Of a stretch of DNA of 45,017 nucleotides, positions 12,749-23,449 are shown one piece after another. This stretch comes from Octopus bimaculoides (lineage: Eukaryota), in the NCBI RefSeq assembly GCF_001194135.2, contig NC_068988.1, positions 40,493,535-40,538,551 of the forward strand. The letters are read 5' to 3'. The position numbers and the translations under genes are program-made. How positions within the stretch are numbered: position 1 is the first letter of the stretch; each line of letters begins with the position of its first letter. The notes beneath the pieces are model-generated. The model made no database searches and was not told the DNA's origin. It saw only the letters and a list, made by a program, of their open reading frames with translations.

Positions 12749-13580
12749 TTAGGTCGGCTGAAATGTTCGGTCGCTTTTCTTTAGACACAAAACCTTAAGG
12801 ATTCTGATAAGTAACTGACTTCAGTCTGTATGTTATGCATGTACACTCGATAATACTACACTTCAAAGCAGTTTGACGCAGGCTTGCAATGAATCAGCTT
12901 GTATATTATGCGCTTGTGATCACCCTGAAAAGGGAGAGTCACAACGATCATTATCGGCAACAGGCTTTTCTTTTATTTAAAAAGAAAGAAAAATGTCGCG
13001 GAAACCAATAGAAACATATGTGCTTAATATGGATAAGATGCTGTGATGTAACGTGTGTGCCGTAAGTGGTTTTCTAAATTTCGATCGAGAAATTTTACGG
13101 ACCAAGATGCACCTTGCTCTGGCTAGCCAACTGAGATTAGTTGTGATCCCAACCTATGTAATACGCGGATATTTTCTAAATATCAAAATCGGATGTTGGA
13201 AAAGATCTGTATCAACTTGGTTACATCAGCAGATTCAGTGTTTGGCTCTCACAAAAATTGAATGAGGCTAACCTCTCCCAATGGATTTCCATATGCGATT
13301 CATTGCAGAAACATCAAAAACGCGATACTTTTTAAAGAAAATGAAGATAGGAACAAAAACTGGATTATCCATTACAACTAAAGTGCAAAACATCTTGGGA
13401 GAATGGCAGTGAACGAAGACAAACAACCTCCAAAGTAGCTTGTTTTCAAGTTGGTGGAAATGGAAGGGTATTTTCTTTTACGAGCTTTTCCCCACGGCAG
13501 AATCATCAAGACAAATTTAAACGCAGCAATTATCTTGAAAACTCAAATACTCATAAGGGCATTATCTTTCATTGTCATAT
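12749..13580 (+). mobile_element. Degenerate mariner transposase remnant
   Basis: TA-TTAGGT TIR-like start, KWFSKFRS helix-turn-helix segment, and a WWKWKG...YELFP-like segment. Multiple frameshifts. Confidence 0.65.
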
Positions 13581-13859
13581 GAAAGAGAATGCCCTTATCT
13601 ACACTTCTTTGTAGACACAGCAGAAGTCACTGAAGTTTGGGTGGGAAGTTTTGTTGTACCTTCCATATTCGTCCTGCATTGTTTCTTCACATTTCCACCT
13701 TTCTTAGTTTCTTCAAAATTCATTGAATGCACTCTCAAAGAGATGCAAAATTTCGTCTGGAAGAGTTTTTCGTCAGTAAAAAGGGGAAATTCTTTGAGCA
13801 GGGAAAAATGGATCTGCGTACGTGATGATAGAATAAGCAGTAATTATATTACTGATCGT

Positions 13860-14238
13860 GGAGGTGCAATGGCCCAGTGGTTATGGCAGCGGACTCGCGG
13901 TCAAAGGATCGCGATTTCGATTCCCAGACCGGGCGTTCTGAGTGTTTATTGAGCGAAAACACCTAAAGCTCCACCAGGCTCCGGCAGGGGATGGTGGTGA
14001 ACGATGCTGTACTCTTTCACCACAACTTTCTCTCACTCTTACTTCCTGTTTCTGTTGTGCCTGTAATTCAAAGGGTCAGCCTTGTCACACTGTGTCACGC
14101 TGAATATCCCCGAGAACTACGTTAAGGGTACACGTGTCTGTGGAGTTCTCAGCCACTTGCACGTTAATTTCACGAGCAGGCTGTTCCATTGATCGGATCA
14201 ACTGTAACTCTCGACGTCGTAAGCGACGGAGTGCCAAC
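13860..14238 (+). mobile_element. tRNA-derived SINE (same family as 3094-3464)
   Basis: A box TGGCCCAGTGG, B box GTTTCGATTCC-like (GATTTCGATTCC), and a (CAA)n tail. Confidence 0.85.
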
Positions 14239-14258
14239 AACAACAAAAATATTATTGA

Positions 14259-14302
14259 TCGTATAAATCATTTTCGTATAAATCATTTTCGTATAAATCA
14301 TT
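14259..14302. repeat. Three tandem copies of a 15-bp unit (TCGTATAAATCATTT)
   Basis: Read directly from the sequence. Confidence 0.9.
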
Positions 14303-14777
14303 ATGAAGCTAATGTCCTATTTTTGCTTTAAAAACCGAACATTTCGCGGACAATAACACTCCTAATTTACAGCTTAAGAGGCTTGTATTTTGAGAATTAA
14401 AAAGTATCTCAATGAGCAAAGCCAAGATATCACTTAGAATGTGTATTTTGGATTTTGTATTCGATATTTTATTGGACTGAACACACACTTGCCTTAAATG
14501 AAACATAAAATTGAAATAATTGCTAGTTTTCAAAAGATTAAAGAATTTACAGTATGCAATTTTTTAAAATTTCTATTATCAACAATTTTAATTTAACAAT
14601 GATAGATGATGCAATGTCTGGAAAATAAAGTTAAAACAAACATCGGGAGCGTCACAGCTAGAAACCCTTTCGAATAATTTCTCTGGTATTAAACATGTTC
14701 AATGACTATACAAAAGAACTGTATATATTTTATACAACGCAAAATTGAAAACAACACATTTTTACATGCACATGAAC

Positions 14778-14783
14778 TTTATT
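14778..14783 (-). terminator. Polyadenylation signal of galaxin-like paralogue 2
   Basis: AATAAA on the minus strand, 19 nt after the TGA. The spacing is the same in paralogue 3. Confidence 0.7.
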
Positions 14784-14802
14784 AATCGATACCGATTTAA
14801 AA

Positions 14803-15317
14803 TCAACCATGCCACAACTGCCACCATGGCACCCAACTCCTTCGTGGATATATATGTCCATAGTAACAAAAGTGTGAATATGTTTCGAAAACGGACGATC
14901 CACAGCAAGCAAATGAGTGTGGTATGTTATTATTTCCTCCAGGAAAAGTGTCTTCGATATGCTTTACAACACCCTGACAACAAACTGACTTCGTGAAATC
15001 CATGGTTACCGTCCCACAACAAACATCATATATAGTTTTCCGCGGAATTGGTTTTGCGCCGCAGCATACATGCATGTTTCGCGTTATTGGAGCGCCGTTA
15101 CAACAATCTGCAAGTGATGTATCTATCGATTGCGCACCGCAGCAACCGTTCAGTGCGCCATTTCTTGTAATTAATGCACCCGCACAGCATAATTTCGTGT
15201 TTATATCAAATCCTACATTTCCGCAGCAAGAAGGACGTCTAAATCCATTTATGGGTGTAAGCTGAGAGTTGCAGCAAATATGACTGAAAATGTTGTACGG
15301 TTGGTGATTACAAATAT
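14803..15317 (-). CDS. Terminal coding exon of galaxin-like Cys-Cys repeat protein (paralogue 2), probably secreted
   Basis: Pyrimidine-rich acceptor (ttttatttttgcatttag|AT, phase 1), then 170 open codons to TGA. Nine CC doublets plus two single Cys in CCGxxxxDxxxxxCC-type repeats, ending SWVPWWQLWHG*. The ORF-track start at 15354 lies in the intron. Confidence 0.85.
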
Positions 15318-15370
15318 CTAAATGCAAAAATAAAACAATAGAAAAGAATATCAATTTGGGTTAGATATAA

Positions 15371-16044
15371 GGGGTCTAGTTTAAAACGGGGGCACCAGTA
15401 TTTTCTTAAAAACACTAACGAAACACTTTGAAACTTGGGACACTGGTAGAATGTCATATAAAACATCTTTTACTCTTAGTCTTCTTAACAAAAAAAAAAA
15501 GGAATTCGCAAGTTATTCCATGTTAAAGTTGTCGTATTTCTGTAATTTCAACCAATCACTGACGTCTATTCAGCTGAATAGAGTTACTGCTGGGCGGTCA
15601 TAAAAATGTTATTCCCTGTGACATATTTCATCTGATTTAATCGTAATTTATACGCATATATTGCTTATATAATAAATTACGCTGTGCGTATCTATGTGTG
15701 TAACAATTTTAGAGTTCGGATTCTAGAGTTAGGGTTAGTTTTAGGGTTAGGATTAGGGTTAGGGTTAGGGTTAACAGTCTAGTTAGGGTTAGGGTTAGGG
15801 TTAGGGGATTAATACGATATACACCGTTACAGCGCTAACTGTTTCCAACTGAATAGACGTCAGTGATTAGTAGAAATTATCGAAATAAGACAATTTTTTA
15901 CATGAAATAAATTCGAATACAAACATTTTTTTCTGTTCTATAACACAAAATCGATAAGTATACGAAGTTTGAAAGTCTTTCGGTACCAAAAACACTACAT
16001 AAAACATTAATGAAAACTGGTGCCCCTGTTTTAAACTAGATCCG
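15371..16044. mobile_element. Non-autonomous TIR element carrying a (TTAGGG)n-like array, in the intron of paralogue 2
   Basis: 29-bp TIRs (15371-15399 and 16016-16044, 26/29 matches), ATATAA duplicated on both flanks, an internal inverted repeat (~15549-15590 vs ~15837-15877) and a telomere-like array at ~15729-15808. Confidence 0.85.
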
Positions 16045-16179
16045 ATATAAGAATGACTCATGCATACTAATAACAGTATGATTCATCAAGCATACATGCT
16101 TACGTACACTTTCATCTATTAATATATGTTTATATAAAAGATGAGAAAGAAAATGGAATTCATGAATCTCTTTATTTAC

Positions 16180-16225
16180 TGTGATCGTTTCGACCCATCA
16201 TGCACTGTACCTTACAGGTGAGATG
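16180..16225 (-). CDS. Candidate upstream micro-exon of paralogue 2 (speculative)
   Basis: ttgtatag|46 nt|gtaaat, phase 0 to 1, reading HLTCKVQCMMGRNDH. Phase-compatible with the exon at 15317 and similar in size to the candidate at 32885-32933. No other support. Confidence 0.2.
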
Positions 16226-16697
16226 CTATACAAACAGTCGTGGTGTATCTTAGGTGCAGATGTGTCTCTTAGATGACTTTTCAAAAGGTACCTCGTTTTT
16301 ATTTGGTGTTCCTCTTGTTTCTATTACAATGCATTTTGGTAAATGTCGCGTAAAGAAACGAAGATATGAAGAAGTTTTCTCATAAAAGCAACACAATAGC
16401 GCATACAAGGCATCAAGAATAAACATGAAATAAAAAAAAAATCAAATATAATGTGGTACACAAAATGAGCTATGTCAATATGTGTACAGGGGATGTGGGT
16501 ATATATATGCATATATGAGTGTGCTTGTGTGCGTGTGTGCACATGGGTATAAAGTTTTTTTTATATATGTGTGTGTGTGTGTGTGGGGGGAAATGTATAT
16601 GTTTGTGTATGCATAATTCTATATTCGTTAAGGTGGTAGTGTATCTAAATGGATGCGTGTTAATGCATGTTTATACACACACACAAACACACACACA

Positions 16698-16915
16698 CGA
16701 GGGTGTGCTGAAAGGTTCCTGCCTTTGGGTTAAAGAAAATACAGGAGGATTGCTTAATTACAATTTTATTCAACATATTCTGCTCTCAGATTCACATCTT
16801 ATTGCAGCGGTCCTTCAGTTTTTCGTAGACCTGTAAAAGCATTCGGAAGTTTGAAACTCCAGCCAGGCCTTTCACGACACCCTTAAAGCCAGGAAGTTTT
16901 CAGTACCTCCTCGTA
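16698..16915. mobile_element. Mariner-type MITE (~218 bp)
   Basis: TIRs CGAGGGTGTGCTGAAAGGTTCCTGCCTTT and AAAGCCAGGAAGTTTTCAGTACCTCCTCG, followed by TA. Confidence 0.85.
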
Positions 16916-17059
16916 TATACATCCAGAACCAGGGGTTTTCTGCGAATCGATTCTGATAAAAGTTTTTCCAAGCTGGTTTGCACACTATGGCAACATCATT
17001 CTTACGTTTTCCTTATTCTGTGTAACGTTCTTTTTTTTAATTTCAGATTCTTCAGTTTT

Positions 17060-17610
17060 GGGGTGAACTACGCTAATAGCTTTTGAATGGAAATAGCCCA
17101 TGTAGACTTTTTCCTTTGGCTGGAAAGGAGGGGGCAATTTTTCTCTGCCTGGTGGTTATGCAAAAGAGGTTGTGCATTGGATGCGATTGAAAGAGTTGAA
17201 GATGGGTAACTTCCTTTTTGGCCAAACCTCATTAACTTTTTCAGGTTCCACCTGAAAAGAAAAGTCAGGCAGGAGCGTGAGATACTGTCACCCAGTAAGT
17301 TCGTTGAAAGGTGGGTGAATGTGATAAGAATGGCTCGCGTGAATGGGCCTACTCTAAGTGTGCGTCTGTAGGCCGGAAGGAAAGAAGAAAGTGTGCCTTC
17401 TTCAGGAGCCATTGATGTAAAAGGGGTCCAAAGTACATGAGGTCTCTTTGGTCACCTTGCAGTGGAACTCCCCACCCCTATTGCGGAAGCATATTGTTGA
17501 TTAAATCTCTCTGTTAATCGTTGTGTTTGTTGGCTGTTAACACGTTTGACCTCACTGTCCCTCCTCTGAGTATCATCCTCTATGGTTTGTGTTCGGCCAA
17601 TATAGAAAGA

Positions 17611-17669
<59 letters not shown>

Positions 17670-17700
17670 CATTATTATCATTGTTGTTGTTGTTGTTATT
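17060..17700 (+). mobile_element. 5'-truncated Tx1/L1-like LINE 3' fragment with (ATT)n tail
   Basis: Colinear with ~590-1070 and ~25660-26100 (FLFGQTLINFF...KFVERWVNVIRMARVNGPTLSVRL*). It ends GGCCAATATAGAAAGA-(ATT)n. Confidence 0.8.
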
Positions 17701-18019
17701 AGTGATCTTTCTGTTTACCTTCCATTTTTCAACGCTTTCTATTTTCTTTCAGTTGATTTCAAATTTGGAATATTGATGTAGTTTTGTAAGCTAATGATGG
17801 AAATTCCCTAGGTGGATGGTGCGTTGTGTTCTTAGACAAACATTTCACGTTGCTCCAGTTCCCAACTTTCGATCAGGGAGAACGTTGGCCTGCTGGCCTA
17901 ACCAGCGAGGTGGCGTCATTTTAAGGTTTAATCAATGCAAATGCGCATTGTCATCAGCGTGATATATATATATATATATATATAAATTTGAAAAGATTTG
18001 TAAAGTAAGTAGATATTAA

Positions 18020-18940
18020 AGATAAATAAAAATGAAAATGCCACTTTTAAAAAATATTTTTGGGGGGTGTTTTAATTAATTTACNNNNNNNNNNNNNNNN
18101 NNNNNNNNNNNNNNNNNNNNNNNNNNNNNNNNNNNNNNNNNNNNNNNNNNNNNNNNNNNNNNNNNNNNNNNNNNNNNNNNNNNNNNNNNNNNNNNNNNNN
18201 NNNNNNNNNNNNNNNNNNNNNNNNNNNNNNNNNNNNNNNNNNNNNNNNNNNNNNNNNNNNNNNNNNNNNNNNNNNNNNNNNNNNNNNNNNNNNNNNNNNN
18301 NNNNNNNNNNNNNNNNNNNNNNNNNNNNNNNNNNNNNNNNNNNNNNNNNNNNNNNNNNNNNNNNNNNNNNNNNNNNNNNNNNNNNNNNNNNNNNNNNNNN
18401 NNNNNNNNNNNNNNNNNNNNNNNNNNNNNNNNNNNNNNNNNNNNNNNNNNNNNNNNNNNNNNNNNNNNNNNNNNNNNNNNNNNNNNNNNNNNNNNNNNNN
18501 NNNNNNNNNNNNNNNNNNNNNNNNNNNNNNNNNNNNNNNNNNNNNNNNNNNNNNNNCCTAAAACTAACCCTAACTCTAAAACCCGAACCCTAACCCTAAA
18601 CTAGAGTTGGAGGTGCATTAATAATTCTGCCAGCTCCAATAACAAGTGCAGGCAATATTCAAGTATTTTGATGGCTTTTTCCCCTTTGTTTACGAACAGT
18701 CTAGTTAATCGGAAATGTCAGAACTAACGGGGATTAATACCATATACACCGTCACAGCACTAACTGTATTCAACTGAATAGACGTCAGTGGTTAGTTGAA
18801 ATTATCGAAATAAGACAATTTTTAACGTGAAATAACTTCGAATACAAACATTGTTATCTGTTCTATACCACAAAATATACAAGTATACGAAGTGTGAAAG
18901 TGTTTCGGTACCAAAACACTACATAAAAAAATGTTGCCCA
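18020..18940. mobile_element. Second copy of the telomere-repeat-bearing element family, partly in a gap
   Basis: ~18728-18930 is colinear with ~15805-16010. CCCTAA-like repeats lie at 18557-18600, next to the gap. The left boundary is uncertain. Confidence 0.7.
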
Positions 18941-19289
18941 TCAAATTATAAAGATCCAAAATGAGTATAAAATATGTGAAAAGAGAAGAGGGCTATTAAT
19001 AAAATAAAATTGAAATTGAAATTAAGAATGACATTCATAGTTTACTGTTATTTCTTGCATGCGCACGTGGTCCTTTCGTTCCGTTCTGAAGGCATGGTAA
19101 TTTCAACTCGCTGTGATAGTAGATTACTACTATCTGTTTTTGTAAATTAAATAGTGGTCAGGACTTGTTTTTTAGGAGTGGTTGTAGCCGTCAAATAGCC
19201 AGCAGCAGTAATGATAATAACAATAGTAGTAGTAGTAGTAGTAGTAGGAGGAGGAGGAGGAGGAGGAGGAGGAGGAGGAGAAGTCATGG

Positions 19290-20110
19290 TGAAGTTGTTT
19301 CCCCTATGGTTTTAATAGAAATCGGGTTTTTCGATCCCCTTTGTTTATTTCTTATGAATAACTTGCAAATCCACATATAAATATATAAAAAATATATATG
19401 AAAGTCTCAGTGTTGCTAGTTTAGAGATTTTAGACTTAGTCGGTATTTTCTTATGAAAAATATTTCCTTGCTAATGCATTCATTTTGGCTAGCATTGTCT
19501 TTAAATTTGTATAATGGAAACGTTGTGAATTTGGGAAATTTGTTGTGAGCACATTTGTCGATGTGCTGGCTGAGAGGTATTTTCCTGTTTTCCGGGATCC
19601 TCTGACGTAGGCTGTTTTTAGTGTGTCCAATATATTGCCGTTTTCATCCAGAGCATGTAATTAGGTAGATCAAGTTCTCCGATGCACATGTAAAATTAGT
19701 TTTTATTGTGAAATTATGGCCTTGTTCCAATCGATGTTCCGATCTTTCTATTACGTTGACACAAATCCCACAGTTGGGTCTCACGCATCTTTTTACTGTT
19801 GGTTTTAGTGGTTATTGTTGAGTGTAATTTGGCCTGGGTTAAAATATTTTTCATTGATTTTGGTTGCCTCTTACTTTGATGATTGCATGTGTTTTGAGGA
19901 TTTGGTTCATTTTTTAGTCTTTCTTGAGTAGAGCTGTGCTGTGGAGTATGTTGTTGAAGGCCTCATTGTTGTGTGGGTTGTGTGTGGAGATGTAAGGCAG
20001 GGTTTTTAATTTTTCTTCCTCCTTGGATCTTGATTGTCTTAGTTCTTGTGTATTTAGTTTAAGTACTCTTTGGATCGTATTAATTGATTAACCATGTGAT
20101 AATTATACTC
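19290..20110 (-). mobile_element. Penelope-like element remnant (GIY-YIG endonuclease region)
   Basis: Minus-strand NFTCASENLIYLITCSG*KRQYIGHTKNSLRQR (~19600-19710), preceded by RPNCGIC and LPYISTHNP. Degenerate. Confidence 0.8.
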
Positions 20111-20627
20111 CTTTTGTTTTCAGTTTTAATATTACTTGGCCAAAGTTTGTTGTTATTAAATTAGTAAGGATGGAAAGAAACCCTAAACTAAATGAGATCG
20201 GCTGTGGATTTTGTTGCCTAACTATGAGAGTTGTGTCAAAACAATGCACTTGTAGACCACGTTTATCTTCACACCGTTCTAGGTCAGTGAGCATCTTCAC
20301 GGTCAGATATTTTATAAAGCCAATGCTCTGGTGGGAAATATCTATAAAGGATCTCGAAAAAATTCCCTGGGAACAGAGATTTCCACCAAGTTGCAGGATG
20401 GCTGTCTATACCACATAACATCCCACACATAGTTATGTTTAATTCTAAACTTAGGAGGTCAGAGTAATAGAGGTGAGGACTGTCGGAAGGTTTTGGGCGT
20501 TACAAGCAGCGTAGGTAGCCGATCGCATCCTAGCAACGAGTGTCTGATTGATCTGATTCATAGTTCTACCGCTGCTACTATCATCACTAGCAAGTTTACT
20601 TTGGTGGCCGCTCTTATTTTCGATTAC

Positions 20628-20695
20628 ACCACCACCGCGGTTACCAGTAATATTACAACCACCACCGCGGCTACCAGTAATATTACAACCACCAC
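20628..20695. repeat. 30-bp tandem repeat, about 2.3 copies
   Basis: ACCACCACCGCGG(T/C)TACCAGTAATATTACA twice, plus a partial copy. Confidence 0.9.
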
Positions 20696-20939
20696 GATTG
20701 ATAATATTCCACTCAGTACAATTAGTAGTGTCTGTCATGTTCGAAATATGTGTCTTCAAGGCTATTAGATTCGGTGGCGACTGATAACTCACGTCACGAA
20801 TGGTTGTGTCTTACTTGTGTCTCATCTTTGAAGTTTATATCTGCAGTCCGTGTGAGATGGTGTTCCGAGATGCAGCTGGGTGTGTGTTTAACAAGAGAGG
20901 GACCACGGAGAAAGTGCTTTGATGAAGTACTTACATAAT

Positions 20940-21400
20940 ACTCGATCCTACTAGGATCGAGAAGCCTCCAATGCCATCATGGGTTTCATTATAGAATTGG
21001 GCGTTAAAATCTGCTCCTTGATCGCATTGATATAAACTATTGACATGTTATTATAAGGATAAGGAGAATCTGTTATTAGAATACAGCAACTCGTTGAGAT
21101 TTTGACAGGGAGAGAATAACTATCTTCGAAGGTCTTGTGTAAGGTCTAGGACGTTAACAGATTTTATTTCGTGGTCGAAGTGAATGTTTAGGCAAGTTTT
21201 CTTTTAACATTCTATGTAGATTTTTTCCCCTTTTCTTCAAAGACAGCCAGAGCGTAATCAACTGCAGTAAGATGTTCAGCGACCTTATAGACCGCGCTGC
21301 CCAGATTTGGGAAGCAATTACCTAATTCACAAGGCAAGTATAAACCTATTAGACTTGTCAACTGCAGGAAGGCAGAGTAACCCATGGTTATGCTAAAGTT
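20940..21400 (-). mobile_element. Possible Penelope-like RT thumb-region remnant
   Basis: Only KSVNVLDLT resembles the VNFLDVT motif. Heavily degraded. Confidence 0.3.
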
Positions 21401-21689
21401 GTAAATGCATGATTTCCTAACTCACGTTATACATTCCTTTTTATGCACTAACATATATATCTTACCGCCCCATTATTCCTAATGATTACCTTGTATGTGA
21501 GGGTTTGTGTGTATGCATGCTGTTATGTCTATATGTATATCTGTGTATATTTTGAAAGAAAGAAAGAAGAGACGGGGAGTAAGAGAGAGAGAGAAAGAGA
21601 GAGAGTAGGTGGAAGCAAAATATGCTTAGTAGAGATAACACCGAGTAGCGCTCAAATGGATATGGGAACTTAAGTCCCAACTTCTTCAT

Positions 21690-22051
21690 TCAGAGCCAGC
21701 TTCTCGGCATCAAATATTTGCCATCAGAATAATCTTCATCGAGCTGCTATGAAGTTAGTAAGGTAGATAAACGCTGGATGGATTCGGATGAAAATTTCAG
21801 GGAGGCTTGGCTTTGTGACTGGATCGAACTGATTAGATTTTGGGATTGATCCGGTACCAGACAAGGATTCTGGATTATTTTTCCGGTTTTGTTACTTAAT
21901 TTTTGAGAGCGGTCGGGTTCATTTTTACTATTCTCGTTTGTGAGAGCAGAGGAATCTATTTCAGATATTCTCATTTTAAAAATCATCCCCGACTAATCGT
22001 TGAGAGGACGTTGGTGTTGTATTGGCGGAGGTTTGCACTCTCTGAGTGTTC

Positions 22052-22054
<3 letters not shown>
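21690..22054 (+). mobile_element. Probable Helentron/HINE-like non-autonomous repeat
   Basis: Ends in GGCGGAGGTTTGCACTCTCTGAGTG..GTT, a terminus I associate with DINE-1/HINE-type elements. Recalled, not searched. Confidence 0.4.
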
Positions 22055-22122
<68 letters not shown>

Positions 22123-22989
22123 TTATGTTTGACTTTTGCTTTGCATTTGTACAAGTTGGATCCAAGTCTCACCCAGAGACCTCAAGAGACAACAAGTTAG
22201 AAGTTCATGTAGATGTTATGCCTAGGGTACCATATATTTGAATTTGTACAGTGTTGTTCTAGGGAATGTTTTAAAATTTGAGATCACATAGACAGTATTT
22301 TACGTAGGATATGAGCAGTTCCCATNNNNNNNNNNNNNNNNNNNNNNNNNNNNNNNNNNNNNNNNNNNNNNNNNNNNNNNNNNNNNNNNNNNNNNNNNNN
22401 NNNNNNNNNNNNNNNNNNNNNNNNNNNNNNNNNNNNNNNNNNNNNNNNNNNNNNNNNNNNNNNNNNNNNNNNNNNNNNNNNNNNNNNNNNNNNNNNNNNN
22501 NNNNNNNNNNNNNNNNNNNNNNNNNNNNNNNNNNNNNNNNNNNNNNNNNNNNNNNNNNNNNNNNNNNNNNNNNNNNNNNNNNNNNNNNNNNNNNNNNNNN
22601 NNNNNNNNNNNNNNNNNNNNNNNNNNNNNNNNNNNNNNNNNNNNNNNNNNNNNNNNNNNNNNNNNNNNNNNNNNNNNNNNNNNNNNNNNNNNNNNNNNNN
22701 NNNNNNNNNNNNNNNNNNNNNNNNNNNNNNNNNNNNNNNNNNNNNNNNNNNNNNNNNNNNNNNNNNNNNNNNNNNNNNNNNNNNNNNNNNNNNNNNNNNN
22801 NNNNNNNNNNNNNNNNNNNNNNNNNNNNNNNNNNNNNNNNNNNNNNNNNNNNNNNNNNNNNNNNNNNNNNNNNNNGGGTAAGGGCTTTGTCAATATCTGC
22901 ATTATTCGCTCTCTTTGGGTATTTGCCATTGAGAGGTTTTCCATGCCATTTATCAGTCATAATATCTAAGGCAGCAATTATTATTATTA

Positions 22990-23024
<35 letters not shown>

Positions 23025-23068
23025 GTTATTATTATTATTATTATCATTATTATTATTATTATTATTAG
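22055..23068 (-). mobile_element. 5'-truncated R4/Dong-like element with (TAA)n tracts on both sides and an internal gap
   Basis: DKWHGKPLNGKYPKRANNADIDKALT (~22877-22960), C-terminus MGTAHILRKILSM* (22284-22325), a 3' UTR matching 1-92, and (ATT)n at ~22055-22122 and ~22977-23068. Confidence 0.8.
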
Positions 23069-23260
23069 AGGGAATCGTTAGCATGCTGAACGAAATGCTT
23101 AGCGCTATTTCGCCTGTTGCGACGTTCAATTGCGCCAAATTTGTCTTTGCCTTTCATGTTTTCGGGGTCGATAAATTAGGTACCAGTGAAACACTGGAGT
23201 CGATGTGATCGACTACACCCCTCCCACAAATTTCACGCCTTGAACCTTCAGTAGAAAGGA
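23069..23260 (+). mobile_element. tRNA-derived SINE (same family as 2145-2362)
   Basis: GAAATGCTTAGCG, GTTCAATT, GCCTTTCATGTTTTCGGGGTCGATAAATTAGGTACCAG. Confidence 0.7.
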
Positions 23261-23449
23261 TGATTATCATAATTAATATTATTATATCAAGGCGGGAAGA
23301 ATCATTTGCACGCCAAATAAAAAATGCTTACCAGCTTTACGTTCACAACGTAAATTACCTTGACACTGACTTTACATTGCATTCTTGTGGGTTCGATAAT
23401 ATAAGTGTCAATCGATCACTGATGTCGATGCGGGAATTCCGAACGTAAG

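Noticed and set aside
14993-15265. Plus-strand ORFs overlapping the Cys-rich exons (also 388-720 and 32298-32480)
   Set aside because: Antisense shadows of the CC-repeat codons, with no independent coding features.
15729-15808. (TTAGGG)n as a true telomere or chromosome-fusion scar
   Set aside because: Short, degenerate, and enclosed within the TIRs of a repeated element.
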